DNA from: Chloroflexota bacterium
GTDB lineage: Bacteria; Chloroflexota; Limnocylindria; Limnocylindrales; CSP1-4
Direction: 5' to 3'
Assembly: GCA_003141455.1 (NCBI GenBank)
Contig: PLMA01000067.1
Coordinates: 85,850 to 149,849, forward strand
Length of the DNA stretch: 64,000 nucleotides
The notes below the pieces were generated by a model. It saw only the letters and a program-made list of their open reading frames with translations. It ran no database searches and had not been told where the DNA came from. Below are positions 31,417 to 40,646 of the stretch, one piece after another (positions within the stretch are counted from its first letter, which is position 1; every line of letters starts with the position of its first letter). Made by a program: the position numbers and the translations under genes.

Positions 31417-32313
31417 GTGCCGCCCCATTCGTCGCGCGTGGACCTCCACACCCACAGCAGCCGCTCCGACGGTGTGCTGGAGCCTCCGGCGCTCGTGGAG
31501 GCCGCCGCCGCGGCCGGCGTGAAATGTCTCGCCCTGGCCGACCACGACACCCTAGCCGGGGTTCGCGAGCTATTCGCCGCGGGCGAGCGGCCGCTTGCCC
31601 TGGAGCTCCTGCCCGCCGTGGAGATCAACAGCGTCGCCACGGGGATCGACCGCCTCTGGGAGGGCGAATTGCACATCCTCGGGCTGGGTGTGGACCCCTT
31701 CGACGACGCCTTCGAGGCGACCCTCGAGCGCCAGCGCCAAGGCCGGGCTCACCGGTTCGAGGTGATGCTCGAACAGTTGCGCGCGCTCGGGCTCGGCGTC
31801 GACGCCTATCTGCCTGATGAGGGCACAGTGGTCGGAACAGCCTTGGGCCGCCCCAAGATAGCCCGCGCGCTGGTGGCCGCCGGGCACGCGGCCAGCGTGG
31901 ACGACGCCATGCGGCGCCTGCTGGCCCGGGGCCGGCCGGCCTACGTTCAGCGCCACGGGCTCGGACCGCGCGAGGCCATCGCGGCGATCGCGGCCGCCGG
32001 CGGGCTGCCGGTACTAGCTCATTTCCCCGACGCCCGCGATCGTATGGATCTCGTCCGTGAGCTGATGGGGGCCGGCCTCCGCGGACTCGAGGTCCACTAT
32101 CGCCGCTTCGACGCCGAGACGGTCGCGGAGATGGAGGCTCTCGCCACAGAGCTGCGCCTGGTCCCGACCGGGGGCAGTGACTACCATGGCGACGGCGAGA
32201 CCTATGCGCAGGCTCACGCCACGATCTTCGTACCCGAGGAGGACGCCACGCTCGTCTTCGCCTCGCTGGGCCGGTCCGCGGCTGGCCTCCCGTTCGACCA
32301 GCCCATGCCATGA
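31417..32313 (+). CDS. PHP domain phosphoesterase (TrpH/YciV-like)
   Basis: DLHTHSSRSDG, LADHD, ELHILG, GRPKIA, LAH, GLEV, TGGSDYHG; start approximate. Confidence 0.9.
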   Translation: MPPHSSRVDLHTHSSRSDGVLEPPALVEAAAAAGVKCLALADHDTLAGVRELFAAGERPLALELLPAVEINSVATGIDRLWEGELHILGLGVDPFDDAFEATLERQRQGRAHRFEVMLEQLRALGLGVDAYLPDEGTVVGTALGRPKIARALVAAGHAASVDDAMRRLLARGRPAYVQRHGLGPREAIAAIAAAGGLPVLAHFPDARDRMDLVRELMGAGLRGLEVHYRRFDAETVAEMEALATELRLVPTGGSDYHGDGETYAQAHATIFVPEEDATLVFASLGRSAAGLPFDQPMP

Positions 32314-33989
32314 CCCAACGACAACTCACGCCCCTGGCGACGCTGCCGCATCTCCAGGCCCCGCAGCCGGCCCTGGATCCGACCCTGGCGGAATTCCGTC
32401 CCGAGGCGCCGGCCCTGCCGAGCTTCTTCGTCTGGACCCTCGGCTGCCAGATGAACCAGAGCGACTCCGAGGAGATGGCCGGCCAGCTCCTCGGAGTCGG
32501 GTGCGAGCGCTCCGCCTCCATCGACGACGCCGATCTCGTCGTCATCAATACCTGCGCCGTGCGCGAGCACGCCGAGGCCAAAGTGATCGGACGGCAGGGC
32601 TTGCTCGCCGACCTCAAGCGGACCAAGCCCGGGATGCGCGTCGTGCTGGCCGGCTGTGGCGTCCGACAATCCGAACGGGCAGGTCTGGCCAAACGCTTCC
32701 CCGCCGTCGACCTCTTCCTGCGACCGGACGAGGAGCCCGAACTGGCGCTCCGACTGGGACTCGTCTCGGCTCAGGCTCCCGTGGGTCTCCGCACGGCGGA
32801 CACGGCCGCGACCACCGTTCTTGGAGGCCGAACAGTCGGCGCCGCCGACCGCCTGGCCGCCAGCCGCGCGAGCGCCGTGACCGAGGGCCGAGTGGCCCGT
32901 TCCTCGACGTTCTCGGCCTGGCTGCCGATCGTCTACGGCTGCGACAAGACGTGCACCTACTGCATCGTCCCATTCGCCCGCGGGCCCGAGCGCAGCCGGC
33001 CCTTCGACGAGATCGTGGCCGAGGCTCGCCAGATCGCCGCGGCCGGCTACGTGGAGCTGACCTTGCTCGGCCAGAACGTCAACAGCTACGGCCACGACTT
33101 GCCGGCCGAAGAGCGCTTCGGCCACATCGACACCCGCCGGTCCGCCGGCCGGCGCCTGGACCTGCGAGCCCGACCGGATCTCGCGGAGCTGATGCGTGCC
33201 GTCGACGCCATCCGTGGCGAGGACGGCGAGCCTGCGATTCCGCGCCTGCGCTTCATCACGTCGCACCCCTGGGACCTCTCGGACCGGCTCATCGAGGCGA
33301 TGGACGAATGCGATTCGGTTTGCGAGCACCTTCATCTGCCGATCCAGTCCGGCGACGACGAGATGCTCCGACGGATGGGTCGCCAGTACACGGTGGCTCA
33401 CTACCTCGAGCGCCTGGAACGGCTCCGCTCGGCGATCCCCGGGCTGGCCGTCTCCACCGACGTGATCGTCGGCTTCTGCGGCGAAACCAGGGCCCAGTTC
33501 GAAGCCACGCTGCGACTCCTCGAGGAAGTCCGCTACGACACGGTCTTCGCGGCGGCCTACTCACCGCGGCCCGGGACCGCGGCCCTGCAATTGGCCGACG
33601 ACGTGCCACCGGAGGAGAAGCGACGGCGCCTCAACGAGCTCCTACGGTGCCAGGAGGCGATCGGCCTGGAGCGCAACCGCGAATGGCTCGGCCGTGACGT
33701 CGAGGTCCTCGTCGAGCAGGTCACGCCCACCCGCCGCCGCCTGGACCCGACCGACGGCGATACCGACGACGCCGACCTTCCCGCCTCACCGGTCCCCGTT
33801 CTGGCGGGCACCGCAGGGGAGGGGAGCGTCGCCCTGGCGGGCCGCACGCGCCACAACAAACTGGTCCACCTGGCCGGCCATCCGGATCTCGTCGGCCAGC
33901 GGGTGAGGGTCCACATCGAGTACGCCGGGCCGTTCGCCCTGCGCGGCCACCTCGTGGAGGCGCAGGACCAGCCCGATGTCTTCGCCTGA
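32310..33989 (+). CDS. miaB: tRNA-2-methylthio-N6-dimethylallyladenosine synthase
   Basis: TLGCQMN, NTCAVRE, radical SAM GCDKTCTYC, LLGQNVNSYG, TSHP, HLPIQSG, TRAM domain. Confidence 0.96.
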   Translation: MTQRQLTPLATLPHLQAPQPALDPTLAEFRPEAPALPSFFVWTLGCQMNQSDSEEMAGQLLGVGCERSASIDDADLVVINTCAVREHAEAKVIGRQGLLADLKRTKPGMRVVLAGCGVRQSERAGLAKRFPAVDLFLRPDEEPELALRLGLVSAQAPVGLRTADTAATTVLGGRTVGAADRLAASRASAVTEGRVARSSTFSAWLPIVYGCDKTCTYCIVPFARGPERSRPFDEIVAEARQIAAAGYVELTLLGQNVNSYGHDLPAEERFGHIDTRRSAGRRLDLRARPDLAELMRAVDAIRGEDGEPAIPRLRFITSHPWDLSDRLIEAMDECDSVCEHLHLPIQSGDDEMLRRMGRQYTVAHYLERLERLRSAIPGLAVSTDVIVGFCGETRAQFEATLRLLEEVRYDTVFAAAYSPRPGTAALQLADDVPPEEKRRRLNELLRCQEAIGLERNREWLGRDVEVLVEQVTPTRRRLDPTDGDTDDADLPASPVPVLAGTAGEGSVALAGRTRHNKLVHLAGHPDLVGQRVRVHIEYAGPFALRGHLVEAQDQPDVFA

Positions 33990-34992
33990 GGGACACGCGT
34001 CTGAGGGTGGCACGCCGGGCGCGGGCACGCCGGACGCCGCTGTGCCGCACGCGGGCACGGCCGAAGGGCTCCCGCCGCTCGTGGTCGTGGCCGGGGCTAC
34101 CGGGACCGGCAAGACCGCGTTGTCGCTCGTCCTGGCCGAAGAGCTGGCGGCCCGCGGTGTCGCCGCTGAGATCGTCTCCGCCGATTCCCGACAGGTCTAT
34201 CGCGGCATGGACATCGGCACCGCAAAGGCGACGCCTGAGGAGCGGGCGCGGGTTCCCCACCACTGCCTCGACATCGTGGACCCAGATGCGGCCTTCAGCG
34301 TCGCCGACTACTCGCATCACGCGGCGCGGGCACTGGCGGGGATCGCCGAACGCGGCGCCGTGGCGTTGCTGGTCGGCGGGTCGGGCTTCTATCTTCGGGC
34401 CGTGGCCCGCGGCCTGGCCGTGGACGAGCTGCCGTGGGACGCGGACGTGCGCGCCCGGATCGAGGCCACCCTCGCGGACGAAGGCCTGTCCGCGCTCGTA
34501 GCGGAGCTGAGCCGCGTCGCCCCAACCCGAGCCGCGGAGGTGGACTTGCGTAACCCCCGCCGCGTCGTGAGAGCCCTGGAGATCGCCCGCCTCCGAGGAG
34601 ACGCGCCACTCCCCGCGCCTCGGGGCTACGGCCGGCCGGTTCTGTGGCTCGGTCTCCAGGTAGAGCCGGCCGTCCTGCGCGCGCGCATTCGCGCTCGCGC
34701 CCGGGCCCAATTCGACGCCGGCCTCATCGAGGAGACGCGAGCGCTCGCGGCTCGTTTCGACCCGTCGCTACCCAGCTTCTCCGGCATCGGCTACGCCGAG
34801 GCTCTGGCAGTCATCGGAGGCCGCCTGGACCTCGAGACCGCGATCGCCGTGGACGCCCGCCGCAACGTCCTGTTCGCCCGGCGCCAGGCGACCTGGTTCC
34901 GCGGCGAGCCGGACGTCCAGTGGCTCGACGCCACGCACGAGCTGCCGCTCGAGGAGGCGCTACGTGCAGGCGTCGATTATCTGTCCAGGTAG
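33976..34992 (+). CDS. miaA: tRNA dimethylallyltransferase
   Basis: GATGTGKT, SADSRQVYRGMDIGTAK, VGGSGFY, NPRRVVRALE, GIGY, FARRQ.TWF. Confidence 0.96.
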   Translation: MSSPEGHASEGGTPGAGTPDAAVPHAGTAEGLPPLVVVAGATGTGKTALSLVLAEELAARGVAAEIVSADSRQVYRGMDIGTAKATPEERARVPHHCLDIVDPDAAFSVADYSHHAARALAGIAERGAVALLVGGSGFYLRAVARGLAVDELPWDADVRARIEATLADEGLSALVAELSRVAPTRAAEVDLRNPRRVVRALEIARLRGDAPLPAPRGYGRPVLWLGLQVEPAVLRARIRARARAQFDAGLIEETRALAARFDPSLPSFSGIGYAEALAVIGGRLDLETAIAVDARRNVLFARRQATWFRGEPDVQWLDATHELPLEEALRAGVDYLSR

Positions 34993-35148
34993 CGACTCGC
35001 CTCCAGGTCATCGACGCCACACCAGCCATAACCGCATCATCCTCGCCGCGCTCCATTCGGGCCCGGAGCACGGCATTCGACAGTAGGGTCGTTGCCCTGG
35101 GCCTGGCGGCCCGGATGTCTCTTGCAGGCGGCGGGCCCCCGGCCCCGG

Positions 35149-35436
35149 TCAGTCGCCGAAAAGGTCGCGGAGCGTCTGCTCGCGTTGCTCCCCGCTCTCG
35201 CGTCGGAGGCGGGCGCGATCGCCGCGAACGGGCTTGGCATCGCCGGGTTCCTCCGAAGGCGGGGCGATGCGGCCCGACCAGCCGCCGCCTTCGGCGTCGA
35301 TCAGTCTCTCCAGCTCGCCGTAGTCGAGGAAGATGCCGCGGCATGCCTGGCACTGCTCGACGAGGATGCCAGTCCGCTCGTACCCGAGCATCCGTCCACC
35401 GCACTTGGGACAGACGAGGCCAGTCTGCGTCGCCAT
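35149..35436 (-). CDS. zf-TFIIB-like zinc-ribbon protein
   Basis: CPKC..M....GI.VEQC..CRGIFLD.GELERL...L.DLF; GGGAG SD. Confidence 0.85.
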   Translation of the reverse strand: MATQTGLVCPKCGGRMLGYERTGILVEQCQACRGIFLDYGELERLIDAEGGGWSGRIAPPSEEPGDAKPVRGDRARLRRESGEQREQTLRDLFGD

Positions 35437-35466
35437 CGGGATCTCCCTTTCTTGCGCAAGACCCAA

Positions 35467-35533
35467 GTATCGGTCGATTGGGGCCTGAGGGTTGATCCAC
35501 GGCTGAGCTTCGTTCGCTCGTATGTGATCGGGG
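35467..35533 (-). repeat. 67-bp dispersed repeat, copy A
   Basis: 54/67 identical, ungapped, to 36675-36741. Confidence 0.85.
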
Positions 35534-35609
35534 CGAAGGAGTCGGCCCTCCAGACGTGGTCGGACAGGAGGGCGGACGCTGTTGTACTTGGCCGGGGCCA
35601 ACCACGCTG

Positions 35610-36026
35610 CTACTGATTCCGCCTCACGTCCTCGCCCGGTATGCCCCTCTGCCGAAGCGCGGCCGCGAAGGCAGCGAGGTCGTCGGCGCCTACGTAGAGC
35701 GCGGGGACGTGGAAGATCGACCACCTAACCGGCTTGCGGAAGTCGATTCGTACGCCTCCGTGCGCGGCCCCGGCGAACGACACGTCGCCGCCGCGGATCG
35801 ATCGCCTTACGCCGATTGCCTTGACCCAGATGAATGGACCCTCGATGCGCCAGCTCGCGACGTTCGCGAGAGGCGTGGCGAAGCGGACGCGCCCGAAGCG
35901 CGCCTGCAACTCGCCGTCAGGCCCTTCGCCCAGCTCCGCGTAGGCAAGGCCCGGCTTGACGCCCCACAGCCGAAGGAGCGGCAACGACCGCGGCCCGAGC
36001 CGGATGTCAAATCGTTCGACCGACAT
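35610..36026 (-). CDS. Hypothetical protein
   Basis: MSVERFDIR..LRLWGV...ARFG..RF.TPLANV...KAIGVR.S..D..F; TATGCT lies 6 nt before the ATG. Confidence 0.75.
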   Translation of the reverse strand: MSVERFDIRLGPRSLPLLRLWGVKPGLAYAELGEGPDGELQARFGRVRFATPLANVASWRIEGPFIWVKAIGVRRSIRGGDVSFAGAAHGGVRIDFRKPVRWSIFHVPALYVGADDLAAFAAALRQRGIPGEDVRRNQ

Positions 36027-36249
36027 GCGGCCAGCATATGGCGGGCTCACGCCTCCGGGGCGGACTCGCCCTCCGGGCCCGCGGGATGCACCGCCAGACT
36101 CACGACAGAACCGGAATAGGCCGACCGGCCGAGCAGGTCCGGCCAGCGGTTCCGCTATCCTGCCTCGGTAGCCTAGAAGGCCCTGTAGTCGCGTGGCGAG
36201 CGAAGCATCACCCACTCGACGACGGCACCCCAAGCCGTGAGGAGCACGC

Positions 36250-36606
36250 ATGGATCCGAATGCGAACCCCAACCCACGAGCCGACGAGCCCATCGCCTGG
36301 CGCGCCGTCCCGGAAGACGTGGAGGTGCGCTCGGACGGCCAGCCGGTCGGGACGCTGTACGACCTCCTCGGTTCCCACGAGGAAGACATCTTCCACGGCA
36401 TCGTCGTGAAGCTCCGGTCGGGGTCTCGCAGAGTCTTTGTGCCGGCGGACGACGTCGTCCTCCTGACGGCCAGCCACGTGGATGTGTCCCTGAGCGCGGC
36501 TGAGATCGGCGCGTTGCCCGAGCACACGGAAGAACGAGGGTTCGGTCTGGGGATGGTCGGGCTCTTCCGCAAGCATGTCGGCTGGACCAGGGAGAAGGAC
36601 CGCTAA
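36250..36606 (+). CDS. PRC-barrel/DUF2171-like hypothetical protein
   Basis: IAWRA......V..DG..VG.L..LLG....DIFHG.VV......FVPADDV; GAGGAG SD. Confidence 0.7.
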   Translation: MDPNANPNPRADEPIAWRAVPEDVEVRSDGQPVGTLYDLLGSHEEDIFHGIVVKLRSGSRRVFVPADDVVLLTASHVDVSLSAAEIGALPEHTEERGFGLGMVGLFRKHVGWTREKDR

Positions 36607-36674
36607 GCTGCCGGCCTCACCCAGGCGCTCACGACGCAGCGGGCCGCCCTCCGGACGCAGCGGTCGCGCAGGGT

Positions 36675-36741
36675 TCGTCGGCCGATTGGGGCGAGAGGGT
36701 TGGGCGACGGCTGAGCTTCATTTGCCCGTATGTGTTCGGGG
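36675..36741 (-). repeat. 67-bp dispersed repeat, copy B
   Basis: Ungapped 54/67 match to 35467-35533. Confidence 0.85.
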
Positions 36742-36916
36742 TGGTCGAGAGCTACCTGGCGAGCCTTGGCCAGGGGTAGCTGCCCCACCCTGTTTGCTGA
36801 TCTTGGGAGTCCTTCGGTCATCCGATTGGACTACCATTCAGGGTAGGGGTCGGCGTCGCCACGTTGCGGCGGCCCGGCGACACTGGCTCGATGTCAACCG
36901 CGAAGACCACAACCGT

Positions 36917-37378
36917 CTCCTTTCGATCACCTTCGTGGCCCCGAGCAATGGACCATCGGCTCACGCCATCTTCGATGTGACCGGCTATTTCACCCCCGAT
37001 ATGAGCGGCGCCACCTACGTCCCGCTGACCCCGACCAGAGTCCTCGATACCCGCAACGGCACCGGCGGTCTCGGTGGTCCCTTCACCAACCATGCCGCCC
37101 GAACCTTCACCGTCGGCGGGGTTCCTGCAGGTGCCATCGCCGTCACCGGCAACCTGACCGTGACCGGGCAGACGAGCAGTGGCTACTTCTCCATCGGCCC
37201 GGTCGCTACGGACAACCCGGGCAGCTCGACTCTGAACTTCCCGGTCGGTGACGACCGGGCCAACGCGGTGACCGTCGCCCTCGGTGGCGGTGGCACCCTC
37301 TCGATCACCTTCGTGGCTCCGAGCAGCGGCCCCACGGCCCAGGGGATCTTCGACGTGACCGGCTACTTCGCGCCATAG
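36917..37378 (+). pseudogene. C-terminal remnant of a repeat-domain surface protein
   Basis: LSITFVAPS.GP.A..IFDVTGYF occurs twice around one PTRVLDTR...NLTV...TLNF unit; no credible start or signal peptide. Confidence 0.7.
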
Positions 37379-37466
37379 GGCAGGCTGCGAAGACGGAGAG
37401 ATCCGCGGGCCGCGCGAGCTGGGGCCCCCAGGGCCGCGCCCGACAGGTCGCGTATCCTTTGCCCGT

Positions 37467-38792
37467 ATGACCAAAGACATGATCGACCTCACCGCGCCCG
37501 TGGAGCGCGCCTTCCTCGTCGCCGTGGACACGGGCGACGACCCCGGCTGGACGGCCGAGGAGTCGATCGTGGAGCTGGCCAGTCTGGCCGACACCGCCGG
37601 CGCGGAAGTCGTCGGCGCGGAGTGGCAGAACCGCCGCCACGTGGACCCCAACACCTATGTCGGCAAGGGCAAGGTGGACGAGCTGGTCGCCGCCAAATCG
37701 GAGACCGGCTACACCCTTCTCGTCGCCGATGACGAGCTGTCGCCCGCCCAGCAGCGAACCCTGGAAGAGGCGGTCAAGACCAAGGTCATCGATCGGTCGC
37801 GTCTCATCCTGGACATCTTCGCCCTGCACGCCCAGACGCATGAGGGGCGCCTCCAGGTGGAGCTGGCCCAGCTCGAGTACCAGCTGCCGCGCCTCACTCG
37901 CCTCTGGACGCACCTCTCGCGCACCGGCGGCGGCATCGGCACCCGCGGTCCCGGCGAGTCTCAGCTCGAGACGGACCGGCGCATCGTTCGCGACCGAATC
38001 AAGAAGCTCAAGGAGCGTGTGGATCAGATCGGGGAACAGCGGCGCACCGCCGCTCGCGGCCGCGACCGTCGCCTGATCCCCACCGTGGCTATCGTCGGTT
38101 ACACGAACGCCGGCAAGTCGACGCTCCTCAACGCCCTCGTCGGCCAGGAGGTCGTGAAGGCGGAGGACAAGCTCTTCGCCACCCTCGATCCCACCTCGCG
38201 CCAGGTGAAGCTCGGCGACGGCCAGACGGCGATAGTCACCGACACGGTCGGTTTCATCCACAAGCTCCCGCACCAGCTGGTCGACGCGTTCCGCGCCACC
38301 CTCGAGGAGGTGACGCGCGCCGACGTCCTGCTCGAGATCGTGGACGCATCGGACCGTCATTTCGCCGAGCACCGGGCCACCGTCCAGACGGTTCTCGCGG
38401 ATCTTGGAGCCGGGGACAAGCCGCGCCTCGTGACCTTCAACAAGGCCGATCTCATCGAGCCCGCCGCGAAAGACGGCGAGACGCCAGGTCCCGCCATCGC
38501 GGGCACGGTCCTGATCTCGGCCGTGACCGGCTATGGGCTGGAGACCCTGAAGGCCGAGCTGTCCGCCCTGCTGGCGTCGCTGTGGGTGGATGTCGACGTC
38601 GCGGTTCCCTACAGCGCCGGCGAGCTCCTCGCACGGGTCCGGGAGCGGGGGACCGTAGAGCTCGACTACCGACCGTCCGACGTCCGGGTCCGCGGGCGAA
38701 TCAGCCCGCCTCTCGCGGGAGAGCTGGAGACGGTCGCGGCCAGGTGGCGCGAAGCCGGGCGCACCGACAACGGGGCGGCTCCGGACGCCTGA
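37467..38792 (+). CDS. hflX: GTPase HflX
   Basis: ELASLA.TAG, YVGKGK, LDIFA.HA...EG.LQVELAQL.Y, GIGTRGPGE, VGYTNAGKSTL, DTVGFI; TATCCT lies 8 nt upstream. Confidence 0.98.
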   Translation: MTKDMIDLTAPVERAFLVAVDTGDDPGWTAEESIVELASLADTAGAEVVGAEWQNRRHVDPNTYVGKGKVDELVAAKSETGYTLLVADDELSPAQQRTLEEAVKTKVIDRSRLILDIFALHAQTHEGRLQVELAQLEYQLPRLTRLWTHLSRTGGGIGTRGPGESQLETDRRIVRDRIKKLKERVDQIGEQRRTAARGRDRRLIPTVAIVGYTNAGKSTLLNALVGQEVVKAEDKLFATLDPTSRQVKLGDGQTAIVTDTVGFIHKLPHQLVDAFRATLEEVTRADVLLEIVDASDRHFAEHRATVQTVLADLGAGDKPRLVTFNKADLIEPAAKDGETPGPAIAGTVLISAVTGYGLETLKAELSALLASLWVDVDVAVPYSAGELLARVRERGTVELDYRPSDVRVRGRISPPLAGELETVAARWREAGRTDNGAAPDA

Positions 38793-38848
38793 CGCTGCCG
38801 GCCGCTCACGTCCAGCAGGCGCACCCCGGACGTGAGCGACTCGACGCC

Positions 38849-38992
38849 TTACAGCTGGTACAACTCGGCCGAAGGAGACCCGCCGCCGGCTATCAGGATC
38901 CGGCCGTCGCGCAGGAGCGTCGCGGTCTGGTCCATGCGAGCAGCGGCCATGGCGTGGGCCGGACTGAAGGTACCGGCGCTCGGGTCGTACAC
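38849..38992 (-). pseudogene. Last blade of a Kelch/galactose-oxidase-repeat protein
   Basis: VYDPSAGTFSPAHAMAAARMDQTATLLRDGRILIAGGGSPSAELYQL*, matching the final repeat of 62042-63613; no in-frame start. Confidence 0.8.
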
Positions 38993-39214
38993 CCCGCCTG
39001 CACCCCCATCAACAGGGCCGGGACGGGTGGCCCTTTGGCATTGTAGCCGTGGCCGAACCGTTCGATCCTCTACTCCCTGGGCCTTGGAGCAGTCCTTCGC
39101 GAGGCGGGCGGCGCCTCTCCACTAGTTGCTCCCGGCAGGGGAGGGCTGATCCAGAACGGACGTTCTCATGCAATCGCCGGAGATCGACCCTCGCGACCAC
39201 CCGTGTTGGCAGGC

Positions 39215-39298
39215 CGTGGATAAGTAGCGAAACAACCGTTTCCCCAACCCAAACTGGTGGATAAGCCACTATCGCGGCAGGGGCCAGAAGCCTAGATT
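39215..39298 (+). promoter_or_regulatory. Two DnaA-box-like 9-mers plus TAGATT -10 (module 1)
   Basis: CGTGGATAA 39215-39223 and GGTGGATAA 39256-39264 (one mismatch each from TGTGGATAA); TAGATT 39293-39298. Confidence 0.6.
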
Positions 39299-39305
39299 CT
39301 GTCTT

Positions 39306-39643
39306 GCCCGGAGGGGCCAGCGAGATCATCACCGACTCAGCGGTTTCGACGGAAACGGTGTAGCGATCTACCGGAAGGTCCAGGGACCCGCAAGGGTTTC
39401 TGAACCGGAAAGCAGATCGTGAACCGCGGAAGTCGGAATGTAGAGGGTCGGTGGCAGTCCCGGCAGTGGCCGGAGCGCGGTCCGCCGTTTGAGCGAGGAG
39501 TTTTCGGACCCCTTGTTCGCGGAGGTCGAAGCGGCCGGTACACGCGAGACCGCAGTCTGATCGAACAGGTTCCTTCGGGCGTTTTCGTGTGTCCGGCGAG
39601 GGCGTCTGCCGCCGTGGCGCCCGGGGCACCGTCAGCCCGGGCA
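39306..39643 (+). ncRNA. Candidate ~340-nt structured ncRNA, family unknown
   Basis: Nested stems CCGACT/AGTCGG, GCGGTT/AACCGC, CGATCT/AGATCG, CAGGGACCC-GCAA-GGGTTTCTG, ACC-GGAA-GGT, TGTTCG/CGAACA, CC-TTCG-GG; 5'/3' ends pair; no credible ORF. Confidence 0.6.
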
Positions 39644-39719
39644 TGCGAGACCCGCCGAGCAGGGTAGGGGACCCAGGAGGTATCCTCGGCCGCGACCCGC
39701 CCGTGCAGCAAGGAAGGCG

Positions 39720-40478
39720 ATGGCGCTCCCCGGCCCCACCATCTGGTTCATCGTCCCGACATACAACGAGCGCGAGAACGTCGGCCCCATCACCGACGCC
39801 ATCCTGGAGACCGTTCCAGAGGCTCACATCCTGATCGTGGACGACGGATCGCCCGACGGCACAGGCGATCTGGCCGACGAGATGGCCGGCCGTAACCCGG
39901 CGATCGCCGTGCTCCACCGCCAGGCCAAGCAGGGCCTCGGGCGCGCCTACGTGGCTGCGTTCAGAGAGCTGATCGGCCGCAACGCGGACATCGTGGTCCA
40001 GATCGACGCCGACTTCAGCCACCCCGTCCGGTATCTGCCCTCGCTCCTGGAGCCCCTGCGCACGGGCAAGGCGGACCTGGTTCTGGGTTCGCGCTACGTG
40101 AAGGGCGGCCACATTCCGCGCTGGAACATCCTGCGCCGCCTGGTCAGTCGGGGCGGGAGTGTCTTCGCCGGCGTCGTCCTCTTGCTCCCGTTCCGAGATC
40201 TCACGGGCGGCTACAAGGCCTGGTCCGCGAGCGCGCTCAAGGAGATCGATCTCGACCGGCTTCACGCAGGCGGCTACGCCTTCCAGATCGAGACCACTTT
40301 CCGCGCCCGCCAGGGCGGCGCCAGCATCGTCGAAGTCCCGATCACGTTCGAGGAACGCAGGGCGGGCCAGTCGAAGATGAGCATGAACATCTTCATGGAG
40401 GCGTTCCTGCTCGTCCTGGCCCTGCGAGTCACGAACCTCCGCCGCCGCAAGCGCACCCGACCGGGGTCCGCCGCCTGA
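39720..40478 (+). CDS. Polyprenol monophosphomannose synthase-like GT2 glycosyltransferase
   Basis: IVPTYNERENV, VDDGSPDGTG, KQGLG.AY, IDADFSH, GSRYV.GG, DLTGGYK, GYAFQIE, EVPI.F.ERRAG.SK. Confidence 0.93.
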   Translation: MALPGPTIWFIVPTYNERENVGPITDAILETVPEAHILIVDDGSPDGTGDLADEMAGRNPAIAVLHRQAKQGLGRAYVAAFRELIGRNADIVVQIDADFSHPVRYLPSLLEPLRTGKADLVLGSRYVKGGHIPRWNILRRLVSRGGSVFAGVVLLLPFRDLTGGYKAWSASALKEIDLDRLHAGGYAFQIETTFRARQGGASIVEVPITFEERRAGQSKMSMNIFMEAFLLVLALRVTNLRRRKRTRPGSAA

Positions 40479-40555
40479 CGTCGCAGGCCCCCGAGCACGC
40501 CCGTTCGACTCGCCTCGTGGTCCGCCGCGTGCCGGATGGCCACCTGTGCACGAGC

Positions 40556-40639
40556 CGTGGATACCACCCGTCACGAGGGCGACCAGTTTCCAAACAGGTG
40601 GATAAGGCGGTTGGCATCGGACGCCCGGCGGACTAGATT
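40556..40639 (+). promoter_or_regulatory. Two DnaA-box-like 9-mers plus TAGATT -10 (module 2)
   Basis: CGTGGATAC 40556-40564, GGTGGATAA 40597-40605, TAGATT 40634-40639; spacing identical to module 1. Confidence 0.6.
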
Positions 40640-40646
40640 CGTTCTT

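Noticed and set aside
36105-36126. ACAGAACCGGAATAGGCCGACC resembles the RNase P RNA 3' end
   Set aside because: There is no GAGGAAAGTCC upstream, and the upstream region is occupied by a protein gene.
36700-36741. c-di-GMP-I riboswitch or SOS-box resemblance in the 67-bp repeat
   Set aside because: It lacks the GAAA-capped P2 stem, and only one GAAC half-site is present, in one copy.
39312-39352. tmRNA-like 5' motifs (GGGGCCA ... CGGTTTCGACGG)
   Set aside because: The motifs are 22 nt too far apart, and there is no T-arm/CCA 3' end or tag-peptide frame. Kept only as an unknown RNA.
39401-39436. SRP-like (CCGGAA..AGCAG) and RNase P CR-I-like (GCGGAAGTCGG) words
   Set aside because: The required neighbouring conserved elements are absent or in the wrong order.
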